Assembly (NCBI GenBank): GCA_041690135.1 | Contig: JAWLHY010000004.1 | Span: 64,001-128,000 of the forward strand | Length of the DNA stretch: 64,000 nt | Direction of reading: 5' to 3' | Source of the DNA: Armatimonadota bacterium | GTDB lineage: Bacteria > Armatimonadota > SYMT01 | Made by a program: the position numbers and the translations under genes | In this document: piece by piece, positions 9,610 through 20,995 of the stretch | Position numbering within the stretch: position 1 is the first letter of the stretch | How the letters are laid out: each line of letters begins with the position of its first letter | Notes under the pieces: model-generated | The model's database searches: none | What the model was told of the DNA's origin: nothing | The model's input: only the letters and a program-made list of their open reading frames with translations

Positions 9610-10893
9610 ATGCAATTCCTCAACACCCGCACCGATAGTGCCGAGCGGATCGCCGCCGTACTCACCCAAAGCAACACGATGGACCTTCCCGAGGTCGAGG
9701 CGGCGGTCCGCGAGATCGTCGCTAACGTCCGGGCCCGCGGAGATGCCGCCGTACGCGAGTATCTCCAGCGTTTCGACGGCGTCGCCCTCGACCATCTGGA
9801 GGTCACCGAGGCCGAATTCGCGGCCGCGGAAGCCGCCGTCGACGCGGAATTCGTGGCCGCGGTGGAGACGGCCATCGCTAACGTGCGCGCCTTCCACGAA
9901 CGCGAGCGCCCGCAGAGCTGGATCTGGGAAGAGGACGGCACGCGGCTCGGACAACTCGTGCGACCCCTCGAGCGCGTGGGGGTGTGCGTGCCGGCCGGTA
10001 AAGCCCCCCTCCCCAGCACGGTGATCATGGCGACGGTGCCGGCCCGCGTGGCGGGGGTGCGGGAGATCGTGGTCGCCTCGACCCCACAAAAGGACGGCAG
10101 CGCCAACCCCTACACCCTCGTGGCGGCGCGCCGCGCGGGTGTGGACCGCGTCTTTAAGATCGGAGGCGCGCAGGCCGTGGCCGCCATGGCTTTCGGGACG
10201 GACTCCGTGCCCAAGGTGGACAAGATCGTCGGACCCGGAGGGCCCTACACGGTGCTGGCGAAGCGCCTGGTCTTCGGGTTCGTGGACATCGAAAGCCTGC
10301 CGGGACCCACCGAGGTCCTGGTGATCGCGGATGAAACCGCCAACCCCCGCTGGCTCGCCGCCGACCTGCTCTCCCAGGCGGAACACGGGGCGGACAGCCT
10401 GGCCATCCTGCTCACTCCCAGTGAAGAACTGGGCCGGGCGGTAGCGGCGGAAGTGGAAGTTCAGACCGAGCGGCTCTCCCGCCGGGACACCATCCGGGAA
10501 TGCATCCGCAACAACGGTTGGGTAATCCTGACTCGGGATCTGGAAGAGGCATGCGAGCTCTCGAACCGGTGCGCCCCGGAACACCTGGAGGTGGTCATCC
10601 GGGACCCCGACGCTTACCTGGACCGCCTGCACCACGCGGGGGCCATTTTCGTGGGCGGCTACACCCCCGAGCCGATCGGCGACTACATCGCGGGCCCGAG
10701 CCACATCCTCCCCACGGGAGGCACAGCCCGGTTCTCCTCGCCGCTCCACGTGGATGACTTCGTGAAGAAGACCTCCCTGCTCCAGTACTCCCGCAGCCGC
10801 TTCGAGCGCGAGGCCGGACACGTCATCCGCCTCGCCGAGGCGGAAACGCTGGATGCGCACGCCAACTCCGTCCGCGTACGCCTTGCCGAGTAG
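9610..10893 (+). CDS. hisD: Histidinol dehydrogenase
   Basis: GGAQAVAAMAFG, DKIVGPG, GPTEV, DLLSQAEH, APEHLE, GDYIAGPSHILPT motifs. Confidence 0.97.
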   Translation: MQFLNTRTDSAERIAAVLTQSNTMDLPEVEAAVREIVANVRARGDAAVREYLQRFDGVALDHLEVTEAEFAAAEAAVDAEFVAAVETAIANVRAFHERERPQSWIWEEDGTRLGQLVRPLERVGVCVPAGKAPLPSTVIMATVPARVAGVREIVVASTPQKDGSANPYTLVAARRAGVDRVFKIGGAQAVAAMAFGTDSVPKVDKIVGPGGPYTVLAKRLVFGFVDIESLPGPTEVLVIADETANPRWLAADLLSQAEHGADSLAILLTPSEELGRAVAAEVEVQTERLSRRDTIRECIRNNGWVILTRDLEEACELSNRCAPEHLEVVIRDPDAYLDRLHHAGAIFVGGYTPEPIGDYIAGPSHILPTGGTARFSSPLHVDDFVKKTSLLQYSRSRFEREAGHVIRLAEAETLDAHANSVRVRLAE

Positions 10894-10962
10894 TCTCGTG
10901 CAAGGCCCTGGCGTTCGGGGCCTCAATTGCACGTGACACCTGATTCTGGGAAGCACCTAGCG

Positions 10963-11877
10963 ATGACACGACTACTCGACAACCCTATTCTCACCGCCGA
11001 CTGCCCACCCAAGATCAACCTCTACCTCCGCATCGTCCGCCGGCGGGAGGATGGCTACCACGAGTTGGAGACGGTGTTCCAATCCGTCGGCGGCGGGGAC
11101 ACGTTGTCCGTAACTGCGGCCGGTTCGCTCGTCCTCACCTGCGATGCGCCCAACGTGCCCCTGGACGAGAGCAACCTGGTCCTCAAGGCCGCACGATTGC
11201 TCCAGGCCAGGCACCCACAAGCGGCGACCAGCGGCGCCGCCTTACACCTGCAAAAGCGGACCCCGATGGGTGCGGGAATGGGTGGAGGGAGTGTGGATGG
11301 CGCCGCCGCCCTGGTCCTGCTGAGCCGCCTCTGGGGTCTTGCCGTCCCCCCGGAAGAGCTGCACGCGATGGCCGCGGAGTTGGGCTCCGACGTTCCTTTC
11401 TTCCTGCGCGGCGGCACCGCCCTCGCCCGCGGGCGCGGAGAGGTGCTGGAGAGCCTCCCGACCCCGCCGCTCTGGCTGGTCCTGCTCCGCCCGCCCGTGA
11501 GTGTCAGTACGCCCTGGGCGTACCGGCAGTGGAGCGCCGGGGACTGCGGCGGCGCCACCCTGGATGAGTTCACGACGGCCCTGGCCTCCAGCGATCCGCA
11601 GGCAGTGGCCGAAACCCTACGCAACGACCTGGAACCCGGCGTGGCGGCCGGCGTTCCCGAGATCGCCGCGGCGCGCGACTGGCTGCTCCGGCAGGGCGTC
11701 CTGGGCGCGCGGATGACCGGCAGCGGCAGCGTGGTGTTCGGGATCTGCGCCAACGAAACGCACGCCCGCGAGATCGCCGCGCGGCCGGGTGCCCCCGGTC
11801 GCCTCTGGGCCGCCCCGGCCCTTTCGGCCACGCAGGCAACACTCGGGGTGGCTGCGGCTGGTACGGATCGGCAGTAG
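10963..11877 (+). CDS. ispE: 4-diphosphocytidyl-2-C-methyl-D-erythritol kinase
   Basis: PKINLYL..DGYHELETVF, PMGAGMGGGS.D, LGSDVPFF, NDLE, MTGSGS. Confidence 0.95.
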   Translation: MTRLLDNPILTADCPPKINLYLRIVRRREDGYHELETVFQSVGGGDTLSVTAAGSLVLTCDAPNVPLDESNLVLKAARLLQARHPQAATSGAALHLQKRTPMGAGMGGGSVDGAAALVLLSRLWGLAVPPEELHAMAAELGSDVPFFLRGGTALARGRGEVLESLPTPPLWLVLLRPPVSVSTPWAYRQWSAGDCGGATLDEFTTALASSDPQAVAETLRNDLEPGVAAGVPEIAAARDWLLRQGVLGARMTGSGSVVFGICANETHAREIAARPGAPGRLWAAPALSATQATLGVAAAGTDRQ

Positions 11878-11894
11878 CCGGGATCAGCGTCGGC

Positions 11895-11922
11895 AGGTTG
11901 AAGGTTGGAGGTTGAGGGTTGG
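11895..11922. repeat. Heptamer tandem repeat (RGGTTGR) x4
   Basis: aggttga aggttgg aggttga gggttgg just after the ispE stop. Confidence 0.7.
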
Positions 11923-12004
11923 GGAACCCCTAAACCGCTGGCGGGTGCGGTTTGGCCGATGTGGGTGCTGAGTTACAGCCCCCCGCAGATTAAAGGTTGG
12001 AACT

Positions 12005-12103
12005 CCTGAATGCCGCGTGCCTGAACACCTGAACGCCCGAACATTTACGCCCCACAGGGGTGCCTGACCACCCCAACACCGGCGGACGGGACGTCCGCGC
12101 TCC
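12005..12103. repeat. Composite intergenic repeat, copy 1 (CCTGAA units + CCCGAACATTTAC unit + REP-like hairpin)
   Basis: Homologous to 34811-34965; 25 bp identical (ccggcggacgggacgtccgcgctcc, 12079-12103). Confidence 0.85.
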
Positions 12104-12110
12104 ATTCCTC

Positions 12111-13652
12111 TCACCTTCTCCGGTAGATCGCGAACTGGTAGTCCGGCAGGAGGTGCTTGGGAACGTCGGGGGTGCCGAACTCGGCCGCCTTCTCGTAGTT
12201 GTGCTCGAACTCGCGACGGTCGTTCTCGTTGGCAAACATCGGCACCTTGGAGTTGAGGGTTGCGTTCTTCCGCAGGAACTCCGGGCGCTCCACGACGTAG
12301 TCGGGACGGTACTTTCGAAGCATTTCCGCGAACCAGCCGGCGCCGGCCCGGTTCAGCGGCACCAACTCCGGAGACACCAGGCCCACCTCATCCAGCACGG
12401 GGCGCCGCGAGTAGTAGCCGATGTAGCCGATCGGCTCCATCGCGATGAGCGCATCCTCGGGAGTATTCTCGCGGAGCCAGACGCCGATCTGCCGCCGGAC
12501 CCCATTTTCCGCTCGCTGAATCCGCCGGGCGCCCAGCCCCACATAGCCCAACCAGAAGACCAATCCCACCCCCAGAATCACGGGGGCCAGAACGCGACCG
12601 CTCTCGGGTAGTCTCCACCGCCCCCACGGCTCCCGCATCCAGGCGGCAAACCCCAGAGCCGCCAGCACAAAGGGGGCCAGGAGGAACGGTGGGTAATACC
12701 AGGTGAAGAGCAGCGTCTTCGGTAAGACAAGATAAGCCCACCAGGCGAAAAAGAGGAGCGGCAGGGCGCGGAGCCGGGAATCGCGCCAGGCTTCCACGAC
12801 ACCACGCAGCAGACACGGAAGCAGCACCAGGGTCACCAGCCACCGGGACCACGGGCCCCGGATGGGCGCCAGTTGCGAGAGGGTGTCCCAGAGGTTCGGC
12901 AGCGGGCTCGGCCGGTGGAGGTTGTAGGCGGCCGCCTTGGCGGGAATGCTGTGGGGAACGGGCGTGCCGTAGTAGAGTGTCGCGCTTACCAGCCAGGGTA
13001 GCACCAATAGCCCCGCGATCAGAGCCGTGCGCCAGGGCAGGCGACCCGTGTTCCGGAAATGCAAACCCACGACCACTAAACCCGCCAGCGCGCCCTCCGG
13101 ACGCACCAGGGCCAGCAGTCCCAGCGGGATTCCCACCGCCAGGGGGCGCTCTTCCGCTCCGGCCTCGATCCCCCCCAACAGCACCAGCGTGAGGAGCAGG
13201 AGGGCGAACGCCGTCTCCATACCGCTCACTCCCACCTGCACCATCAGCGGCGATAGACCGAACAAAAGACCGAGAAAGAGGACCGCCTCCGCTCTTCCCG
13301 TGCGGCGCAGGAGAAACCGGCCCCACAGCCAGAGGGTAGCCCCATCGGCCATCACGGCGAAAAACTTGGCGACTGTGAGCGCGGGCGCTCCGATATAGGT
13401 CAACCCCGAGAGGAAAAGCACGTATAACGGTGTAGAGGCGCCGAAGACCCTCTGCCCGGGGTTGTAGACGAGTCCCAGCCCGTTTGCCAGGTTCTCCGCA
13501 TAGCGGAGCGAAATATAGGCGTCCTCGAAGGTGGCGCCGGTGACGGCCCAGAAACAGCCGCGCACCAGCACGGCCAGGGCGACCAGGGTGGCCAGCAAGA
13601 CTACCGGAGTATTATTTCCGGACTTCTGGGGAACCGAAGGGGATGCAGGCAA
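12111..13652 (-). CDS. Polytopic membrane glycosyltransferase (GT-C fold; RgtA-D/arabinofuranosyltransferase-like)
   Basis: EDAYISLRYAENLANGLGLVYNPG, SGMET, RPEG motifs; many TM helices. Start uncertain. Confidence 0.75.
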   Translation of the reverse strand: MPASPSVPQKSGNNTPVVLLATLVALAVLVRGCFWAVTGATFEDAYISLRYAENLANGLGLVYNPGQRVFGASTPLYVLFLSGLTYIGAPALTVAKFFAVMADGATLWLWGRFLLRRTGRAEAVLFLGLLFGLSPLMVQVGVSGMETAFALLLLTLVLLGGIEAGAEERPLAVGIPLGLLALVRPEGALAGLVVVGLHFRNTGRLPWRTALIAGLLVLPWLVSATLYYGTPVPHSIPAKAAAYNLHRPSPLPNLWDTLSQLAPIRGPWSRWLVTLVLLPCLLRGVVEAWRDSRLRALPLLFFAWWAYLVLPKTLLFTWYYPPFLLAPFVLAALGFAAWMREPWGRWRLPESGRVLAPVILGVGLVFWLGYVGLGARRIQRAENGVRRQIGVWLRENTPEDALIAMEPIGYIGYYSRRPVLDEVGLVSPELVPLNRAGAGWFAEMLRKYRPDYVVERPEFLRKNATLNSKVPMFANENDRREFEHNYEKAAEFGTPDVPKHLLPDYQFAIYRRR

Positions 13653-13769
13653 AGGCTCAGCCAGGGTTGGGGAGAGTAGGACCGGCTCCCGCGCCGGCCC
13701 GGCTCCCTGATTGTAGGATGGGAGGGTTCCGGCGTCAACGGATTCACCAACTGGAAGGAGTGCCGCGCG

Positions 13770-14471
13770 ATGGAGACTCGACGGATTCCGCTATTCCCGC
13801 TGAACGTAGTCCTATTTCCGGGGATGCTGCTGCCACTGCACATCTTCGAGCCGCGGTACAGGGAGATGGTCCGGGATTGCCTGAATGCGGATCGCCGTTT
13901 CGGAGTGTGTCTCATTGCCTCGGGAGAAGAAGTGGGCGGACCCGCGGAGCCCTGCCGGGTCGGCACCCTCTGTGAGATTCTCCAGGTTACTCCCGCGGAA
14001 GGCGAAAACCAGGAAGCGGTCGAGATTACAGCGGGTCGGATGAATCTCCTTACGGTCGGCCGGGAGCGGTTCGAGGTACTTGCCCTCCACCACACCGCGC
14101 CCTACCTCGAAGCGGATATCCGCCTTCTGCCCGACGACCCGCAGGACTCCGGCCCCGAAGAACTGGCGGCAGCCGTGCATGCCGCTGCCAGTGACCTCCT
14201 TAACGAGCTTCTCGCCCTGCAAGGCGAAACCCGCCAGAAGGTGCAACTGCCGGGAGATCCGGAGGCCCTTTCGCATGCGGTGGCAGCCATCCTTCCCAGT
14301 CCGCTGCCTGTCCGCCAGCAACTCCTGGAAATGCGCACCGCCCGAGAGCGCCTATCCCGCCAATTGGAGTTACTGGCTGCCGAGGCAGAGCAACTGGCCG
14401 TGTTGAAGGAGAACATGCCTATCGTCGCCCGCCCGTTCGAGTTCCAACCGGATAATTTCAATCCCAACTAG
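13770..14471 (+). CDS. LON peptidase substrate-binding domain protein
   Basis: IPLFPLNVVLFPG..LPLHIFEPRY; GGAG RBS. Confidence 0.92.
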   Translation: METRRIPLFPLNVVLFPGMLLPLHIFEPRYREMVRDCLNADRRFGVCLIASGEEVGGPAEPCRVGTLCEILQVTPAEGENQEAVEITAGRMNLLTVGRERFEVLALHHTAPYLEADIRLLPDDPQDSGPEELAAAVHAAASDLLNELLALQGETRQKVQLPGDPEALSHAVAAILPSPLPVRQQLLEMRTARERLSRQLELLAAEAEQLAVLKENMPIVARPFEFQPDNFNPN

Positions 14472-14589
14472 CATGCGCAGAATTCTTCTCTCCCGATAGG
14501 TTTTAGACACGGGCATCCCTGGTAAATACCCGTAGGTTTACCGCCTGTCTGCAAGCTGAATGCTTGACTACGAGAAGGAGAGAATTCCG

Positions 14590-15180
14590 ATGACGCTTCG
14601 ACTCACTGGGGCGCTTCTTACCGCTATGGTGGGACTCGTGCTGGCCACTCCGGCCCAGTCGCAGCAGCGAAGGCTACGCGTCGCTGTAATGCCGGCCCTG
14701 TACTTCTCTGCCGACGAGCAGAGCGCCGTCAACCTCACCCAGGGTCTCGTCGCCCAGTACGAACAGCAGGGCTACGAGGTCATTCCGATGGACGACGCGC
14801 GCACCAAGTTCCAGGGCATGGGCCTCAGCCGCACCACGCACTACCCGGATATGACTGCTCTGCGTTTCGGCCGTGAACTCGGCGCCGACCTGGTCGCCTA
14901 TCCTCGCCTCCTGGCCGTGGGTATCCCGATCAACGACGAGCCGAATGAGAACTCGCTGTTCCAGCCGTCCGCCGTCGTGCACCTCCGCGTGCTCAACGTC
15001 CACAGCCGTCAGCCGATCTATTTCCGGCAGGTTGGCCATAACTTCAACGTAGCCGGCGAATTCAACGCCGCCGAGTTCTCGCTGCCGCAGCCGGTCGCCA
15101 CGGCCGCCGCCGGCGATGTGATGCAGAACTACTTCGACCGCGTGGCGGGCAGCCGCCAGGAGATCCGCACCACCCGATAA
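14590..15180 (+). CDS. Secreted hypothetical protein
   Basis: AAGGAG RBS, signal peptide ending ATPAQS, typical codon usage. Confidence 0.75.
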   Translation: MTLRLTGALLTAMVGLVLATPAQSQQRRLRVAVMPALYFSADEQSAVNLTQGLVAQYEQQGYEVIPMDDARTKFQGMGLSRTTHYPDMTALRFGRELGADLVAYPRLLAVGIPINDEPNENSLFQPSAVVHLRVLNVHSRQPIYFRQVGHNFNVAGEFNAAEFSLPQPVATAAAGDVMQNYFDRVAGSRQEIRTTR

Positions 15181-15222
15181 GGGAGCGCAGCGCCCGCTCA
15201 TGTGAGCGAGTGTAGGAATCCG

Positions 15223-15254
15223 AGCGGGGACGAGGCGGCGGCCTCGTCCCCGCT
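15223..15254 (+). terminator. GC-rich hairpin, probable terminator
   Basis: agcggggacgaggc-ggcg-gcctcgtccccgct (14-bp stem), weak T tail. Confidence 0.55.
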
Positions 15255-15336
15255 TCGCTTGTACGCCCTTTGCGGGAAGTGGCAGGAAGGGATGTACCGT
15301 CTCCCGGGAGAACCGCTCCGGTAGTGAGGTACTGAA

Positions 15337-16113
<777 letters not shown>

Positions 16114-16114
16114 T

Positions 16115-16153
16115 GGATCAGGATCGAGAGGATCAGGATCGAGAGGATCAGGA
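16115..16153. repeat. 15-bp tandem repeat (GGATCAGGATCGAGA) x2.6
   Basis: Read directly after the SDR stop codon. Confidence 0.75.
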
Positions 16154-16222
16154 AAGGGAGCGAGGTACCCGGTGCAGGTTCCCAGCCTGACGGGGGATTA
16201 TGCCGGAGCACGCGGCCGTGCA

Positions 16223-16254
16223 AACCGGGCCGGCGCAATTGCGCCGGCCCGGTT
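16223..16254. terminator. Perfect 32-bp palindrome between convergent genes
   Basis: aaccgggccggcgcaattgcgccggcccggtt. Confidence 0.65.
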
Positions 16255-16283
16255 AGCTCCTTGCCGTTGCCGGCAACCGCTGC

Positions 16284-19200
16284 TTACCTGAGCTGAAGGC
16301 CCAGGCGGTTGGCCTTCTTCGCCATCGGCAACACTACGATGCTGCCATCCGGGCGCGCACCGTCCGCGCCCGTCGAGGTGCTGTCCGGACGGAAAATCCG
16401 AATGCGCCGCCTTCCGGTTACCTGTATGGAGAAGAGCCCGCTGGCCCGCGGGATGGGTGTGCTCGTAATGCTGAAGAGCAGCACCCGGACTCGCCCGTCC
16501 GGCTGCGGGTTTTGCGCGATCTGGAGATCGCTGCGGTTAAGTCCCAGGCTGACGGCGTTCAACTGGCCTCCCGCCAGGTCCAGATCGAAGGCCATGGCCG
16601 AGATCGACTCCCGGGCGGGATTGAAGTTCAGCCGGTAGGTTTTCGGCCTCACCCGCGCGTCGGGACTTATCCCCGCAGCTTTGCTTTCCCCCGTGACGTT
16701 CAGGAACAGGTTCACGAGCTGTTGGATGTCGCCCACGTCGATCCCACCGTTGCCGTTGAGATCATGCAGGGCCGGCACAAAGGTGGCCGTGCCCAAGAAA
16801 ACGTTGACGATCATCTGAACGTCCCCGACGTCGACCGAGCCATTGCCGTTCAGATCGCCGCGCAAGCCGAACTGGATCGTAGATGCCGTCGCCGTGGAAT
16901 TGAAGATGCTGCCGCCGGGATCGGTGACCTGAACGCCGGCGCTACTGGTGTCCGGAAGCACGACCCGGACCTGCGTACTGGTGCCCGCAATGCCGGCGGC
17001 CGCCGTGACTGAGACATTGGCAACATTGCCGGAACTGAAGGACGTGCGGTTGGCGACCCCAAAGATCAGACACCGCAAACGTCCGGGACTCACCAGGCTC
17101 GTTTGGACATCCACCCCACTGGGGAGAGCACCGCGTGCCGCGGAAAGGGTGGTGATCTTCGTGGTGTCGTAGAGCAGGTCGAAGCCGGCCGCCGTCACCT
17201 GGCCGCCGTTCGCCGCGAACTGCAGCGGGATCGAGCCCGTGCTTCCAGGGGAGAGTGTTCCATTCGCCAGCACAAATGCGGGCGAACCGCCGCCCGGCGC
17301 GGGAATGGTGAAGTTGCCGTTGCTGGTATCCCGGCAGGTCGCGTTGTTGACGGCACTTACCCGGACACGGCACTGATTGCTCGCTTGGCCTGGGACAGTG
17401 ATGCTCTGGCTGCCGTCGTTAGGCGTATTCGCCAGAAGCGTCGTGTAAGAGGTGCCGTCATTGGTTGACAGCTCGATTTTCACCTCGCCCACGACATTCT
17501 GGCTCGTCCAGGTAACCGCCTGCGTGGAGCCCTGCTGCCAGGTTTCTCCGCCGTTCGGCGAGATGACCGTGATCGTCCATTCTGGCTCACCGATGATGAA
17601 GTTCGCGTTGCTGATATCTGCTGCGCCCGAATTGTCGACCGCACTGACCCGGACTCGGCACTGGTTGCTCGGCGTATTCGGGACGGTCACGCTCTCCGAA
17701 CCGTCGTTGGGGGTGCTCGGCGCCAACGTGGAGTAGGTCGTTCCTCCATTGGTGGACAGCTCGATCCTCACTCCGCCGCCCACGTTCTCACTCGTCCAGG
17801 TGACCGCCTGGGTGGTTCCTGGGACCCAGGTCTCGCCGCCGTTTGGAGAGGATACCGTCACGCTCGCATCGGGGACGATCGGCACCAGAGCGGGTCCGCA
17901 AATGCGGATGTCATCCAACCAGACGCCGTCATGAACGACGCTGCCGTCCGTAATAAGGCGGAAACGCACTTTCAGGTTCTGGCCGAGATAGTCATGTAAC
18001 GGTATCAGGTACTCGCGCCAGTCCGATGTACCAGTGAGGCGGAGCGACTGGCGCTGCCAGGTGCTTCCATTGTTGCTGGAGACTTCCACGTACAGGTAAT
18101 CGTACTGGACCTCGAGGTCCGTCTTCGCGCGGAACATCAGAGATGGGATCATCCCAGTCAGGGCCGGCGAGGCGTTGGTGCTCAGCGAGAGATCGACGCT
18201 GTCGGCGTACGACCCACTCGGACTGTCCGTGTAGGAATGCGTCGGACTGAAGCTCTCCGTCGTTGTCACGGCCCAGGGCGAGCTCCCCGAAAGTTGGGGG
18301 GCGCCTTCCACGGTCTCCTCGAATACGCAGGGCGTCTCGGCGATGCAGATCTTGATATCGTCGAGGTAGACGCCGTCCAGGGTGACGCTTCCGTCGGTGA
18401 TGAACCGGAACCGCACGCGGATACTCTGACCCTGGAAGCTCGCGAGCGGCACGGTGTACGCGGTCCAGTTCGCGGAGCCGTTCAGCACGAGGCTTTGCCG
18501 CCGCCAGGTGGTCCCGTTGTCCGCGCTCACCTCGATGTAGACATAGTCAAAGCCGGATTCCAGATCGTATTTCGCTTTGAAGTTGAGGCTCGCGTCTCCC
18601 GTGATCGCGACCGCGGCACTCTGCGTCAGCGAGAGGTCGATGTTGTTGCCATAGGCACCCGCGGGGCTGTCCGTGTAGGAGCGAGTGGGACTTACACTCT
18701 GGGAAGTAGTGGTTCCCCAGGGAGACTGGCCGGTGAAGCGCAAGGCGCCCTCGACATTATCGTCGAGCGGGCAGAGAACGGTAAGCGTGCGGAACGGGCC
18801 GGCCGTGGCGATGGCGGACGGGTTGCCGACGTTATCCAGGGCTCGGATGGCGAAATGGTAGCTGGTGTTCGGGTCCAGCCCGGAAACGAAGTACGCTTGC
18901 GCAGACCCCGAAGGGAGGGGTGCGGGTGCACCCGCGGCCAGCGTGGCGGACGCGAAGTTACCGGGCGTAATGACCTGTGTACTGTAGCGGATCTCCAGGC
19001 GGCTGGCTGCGCCGGAGCTTCCGTCATCACCGGAGGTGGTCCACGCCAGCAGCATGCCGTTGACAGCCTGGTGAGTAGCGCGAAAACTAATCGGGGCGCC
19101 GGGAGCGAAGGTGTCGTTCTCCACGGCATTGTTGACGTTCAGGCGTCCCCCGGTAACACAAAGTCCATTGAATCCGGCGGGCCGGTCCACCCCTCCCAGG

Positions 19201-20411
19201 ATGCGCCCGATGAGTTGCGACACACTTGCGGTGGGGAACTGGGCAAGGACGAGCGCCGCGGCTCCGGCGACATGCGGACACGCCATAGACGTCCCGTTAA
19301 ACGACGCATAGGCGTTGTTTGGGATGGTGCTTAAAATAGAATCTCCCGGTGCGAACAGGTCGACCGACGCTGCTCCGAAGTTGGAGAACGATGCCGGCTG
19401 GTCATTGCGATCGGAAGCGCCAACGGACAGAACGTTCTCGACTGCGTACGAGGAGGGGTAGTGGGGGGAAGCATCCGTGTTTTCCGTGTTATTTCCTGCA
19501 GCCGCCACGAACAGGATGTTCGCGTTGCGCGCACGCTGGATCGCTTCCAGAAGCAACTGGCTGTAACCACCGCCTCCCCAGCTATTGCTCATCACGCGGG
19601 CGCCGTTGTTCCGGGCGAAATCGATGCACTGGATAGCGGCGGAGAGATTCCCAAAACCATCGGCAGCAAGGAACTTCAAGGGTATGATCTTCACGCGCCA
19701 GTTCACGCCCGTCACTCCCGAGGCATTGTTTCCCCGACCTCCGATGGTGCCGGCACAGTGGGTGCCGTGATCATGGTCGTCCATCGGATCGGCGTCTCCG
19801 TTCACGTAATCGAAGCCGACAACCCGGTTATTAGCGTCCCGTAGAATATTTTGCGTGAGGTCCTCGTGGTTGTAATCCACGCCCGTATCGATCACCGCCA
19901 CGACGATGGTGTCGCTTCCCTGGACCCGGTCCCACGCCTCCGGCGCATCGATGTCCGCATCCGGAGTGCCGCCGTTCTGACCCGTGTTGTGAAGGCCCCA
20001 CAACTCGTCGAAACGGGTATCGTTTGGGATCGCGAGCACTCGCTGGATATAGTCCGGCTCCGCCACCCGCACGGCAGGGTCGCTTCGGAGCTGCCGGAGG
20101 ACTGCCTTGGTGTCGAGTCCTGCTGCCCGGGCGCCGGGCGTCAGCACCACGCGGGAGAAGAAGGGACTCTCAACCTTGCGATCGAGCATCACCCCAGCGC
20201 GCGAGAGAGCATTCATCCGGGCCACCCGTGGCGCGGGCTGCTTGAAGGCTACCAGGATACCCGATGACTCGGGCGGTGCAGCCTTTGCTGCCGGAGCGTT
20301 ACCTGCTGCTTCCCGGCTGGAAATCAAACCGCTACTCGCGCAAATAACAAGCGCTGTAGTGGCAAGCGCCCGGCGCCAAAACATGCGTGCCGGAGGGCAA
20401 GTCTGCGTCAT
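16284..20411 (-). CDS. Secreted S8 subtilisin-like protease with FN3-like, two jelly-roll, two Ig-like, cohesin and dockerin domains
   Basis: Triad VIDTG / HGTHCAG / GTSMACP; duplicated SYTDSP.G.Y..N.D domains; duplicated V.SPNGGETW domains; GDLNGNGSVDVGD x2; AAGGAGG RBS. Confidence 0.93.
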   Translation of the reverse strand: MTQTCPPARMFWRRALATTALVICASSGLISSREAAGNAPAAKAAPPESSGILVAFKQPAPRVARMNALSRAGVMLDRKVESPFFSRVVLTPGARAAGLDTKAVLRQLRSDPAVRVAEPDYIQRVLAIPNDTRFDELWGLHNTGQNGGTPDADIDAPEAWDRVQGSDTIVVAVIDTGVDYNHEDLTQNILRDANNRVVGFDYVNGDADPMDDHDHGTHCAGTIGGRGNNASGVTGVNWRVKIIPLKFLAADGFGNLSAAIQCIDFARNNGARVMSNSWGGGGYSQLLLEAIQRARNANILFVAAAGNNTENTDASPHYPSSYAVENVLSVGASDRNDQPASFSNFGAASVDLFAPGDSILSTIPNNAYASFNGTSMACPHVAGAAALVLAQFPTASVSQLIGRILGGVDRPAGFNGLCVTGGRLNVNNAVENDTFAPGAPISFRATHQAVNGMLLAWTTSGDDGSSGAASRLEIRYSTQVITPGNFASATLAAGAPAPLPSGSAQAYFVSGLDPNTSYHFAIRALDNVGNPSAIATAGPFRTLTVLCPLDDNVEGALRFTGQSPWGTTTSQSVSPTRSYTDSPAGAYGNNIDLSLTQSAAVAITGDASLNFKAKYDLESGFDYVYIEVSADNGTTWRRQSLVLNGSANWTAYTVPLASFQGQSIRVRFRFITDGSVTLDGVYLDDIKICIAETPCVFEETVEGAPQLSGSSPWAVTTTESFSPTHSYTDSPSGSYADSVDLSLSTNASPALTGMIPSLMFRAKTDLEVQYDYLYVEVSSNNGSTWQRQSLRLTGTSDWREYLIPLHDYLGQNLKVRFRLITDGSVVHDGVWLDDIRICGPALVPIVPDASVTVSSPNGGETWVPGTTQAVTWTSENVGGGVRIELSTNGGTTYSTLAPSTPNDGSESVTVPNTPSNQCRVRVSAVDNSGAADISNANFIIGEPEWTITVISPNGGETWQQGSTQAVTWTSQNVVGEVKIELSTNDGTSYTTLLANTPNDGSQSITVPGQASNQCRVRVSAVNNATCRDTSNGNFTIPAPGGGSPAFVLANGTLSPGSTGSIPLQFAANGGQVTAAGFDLLYDTTKITTLSAARGALPSGVDVQTSLVSPGRLRCLIFGVANRTSFSSGNVANVSVTAAAGIAGTSTQVRVVLPDTSSAGVQVTDPGGSIFNSTATASTIQFGLRGDLNGNGSVDVGDVQMIVNVFLGTATFVPALHDLNGNGGIDVGDIQQLVNLFLNVTGESKAAGISPDARVRPKTYRLNFNPARESISAMAFDLDLAGGQLNAVSLGLNRSDLQIAQNPQPDGRVRVLLFSITSTPIPRASGLFSIQVTGRRRIRIFRPDSTSTGADGARPDGSIVVLPMAKKANRLGLQLR

Positions 20412-20629
20412 ACCGACCTCCTTGGAACGTGAGCCGCATTTCTGGAGTGCTACCGGGCAGCCGGCTTACTACAAAGGTTGCAACCCGTAACCCAGATAAC
20501 ATCCCATCGGCATAATGCCAGCAGGTCAGATTTTGGATGCTGATTGACTAGTTTTTTCCTACGCCACAGTATCGGGACTTACGGACGATTCCTTGGTACC
20601 TGCTCCCAGGGCGTCTTTCTGGGCCCGTA

Positions 20630-20995
20630 GCCATCGAGCGCCACCCCCGCTGGGTCCCCACGAAACTTGCCAACCGGCAGCGGTCCGGCGCCTCATACTC
20701 GGCCGCAGCCATCCAGGCCCGGAGTTCCGTTTCCAGCGCTTCCCACGGCAGGATCTGCAGGACCTTAAAGAGGGTACCGACCGCCGGGGTCCGCCCGTGA
20801 TTGAAGCCGAGTTTCTTGCGCTCCCGCTTGGAGAGTTTCCGGACCCATTGGGCGACCGGGGGGGTAGCCGTGGATCCCCGAGAGCATCGCCAAACACAGC
20901 AGTATCAGGATGGCGACCAGCGGATGACGCCGCCCCCGTGGGTCCCGTGGGTCGGGGACCTGCGCCAGATAAACGCGGAGCGGTGATAGGGCGAC
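20630..20995 (-). mobile_element. ISAs1-family transposase remnant (frameshifted, truncated)
   Basis: Minus strand reads LAQVPDPRDPRGRRHPLVAILILLCLAMLSG; after a shift in the G7 run at 20858-20864 it reads VAQWVRKL..LGF..GRTP..GTLFKVL..LETELRAW; after another shift GVALDG. In-frame TAG at 20996-20998. Confidence 0.8.
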
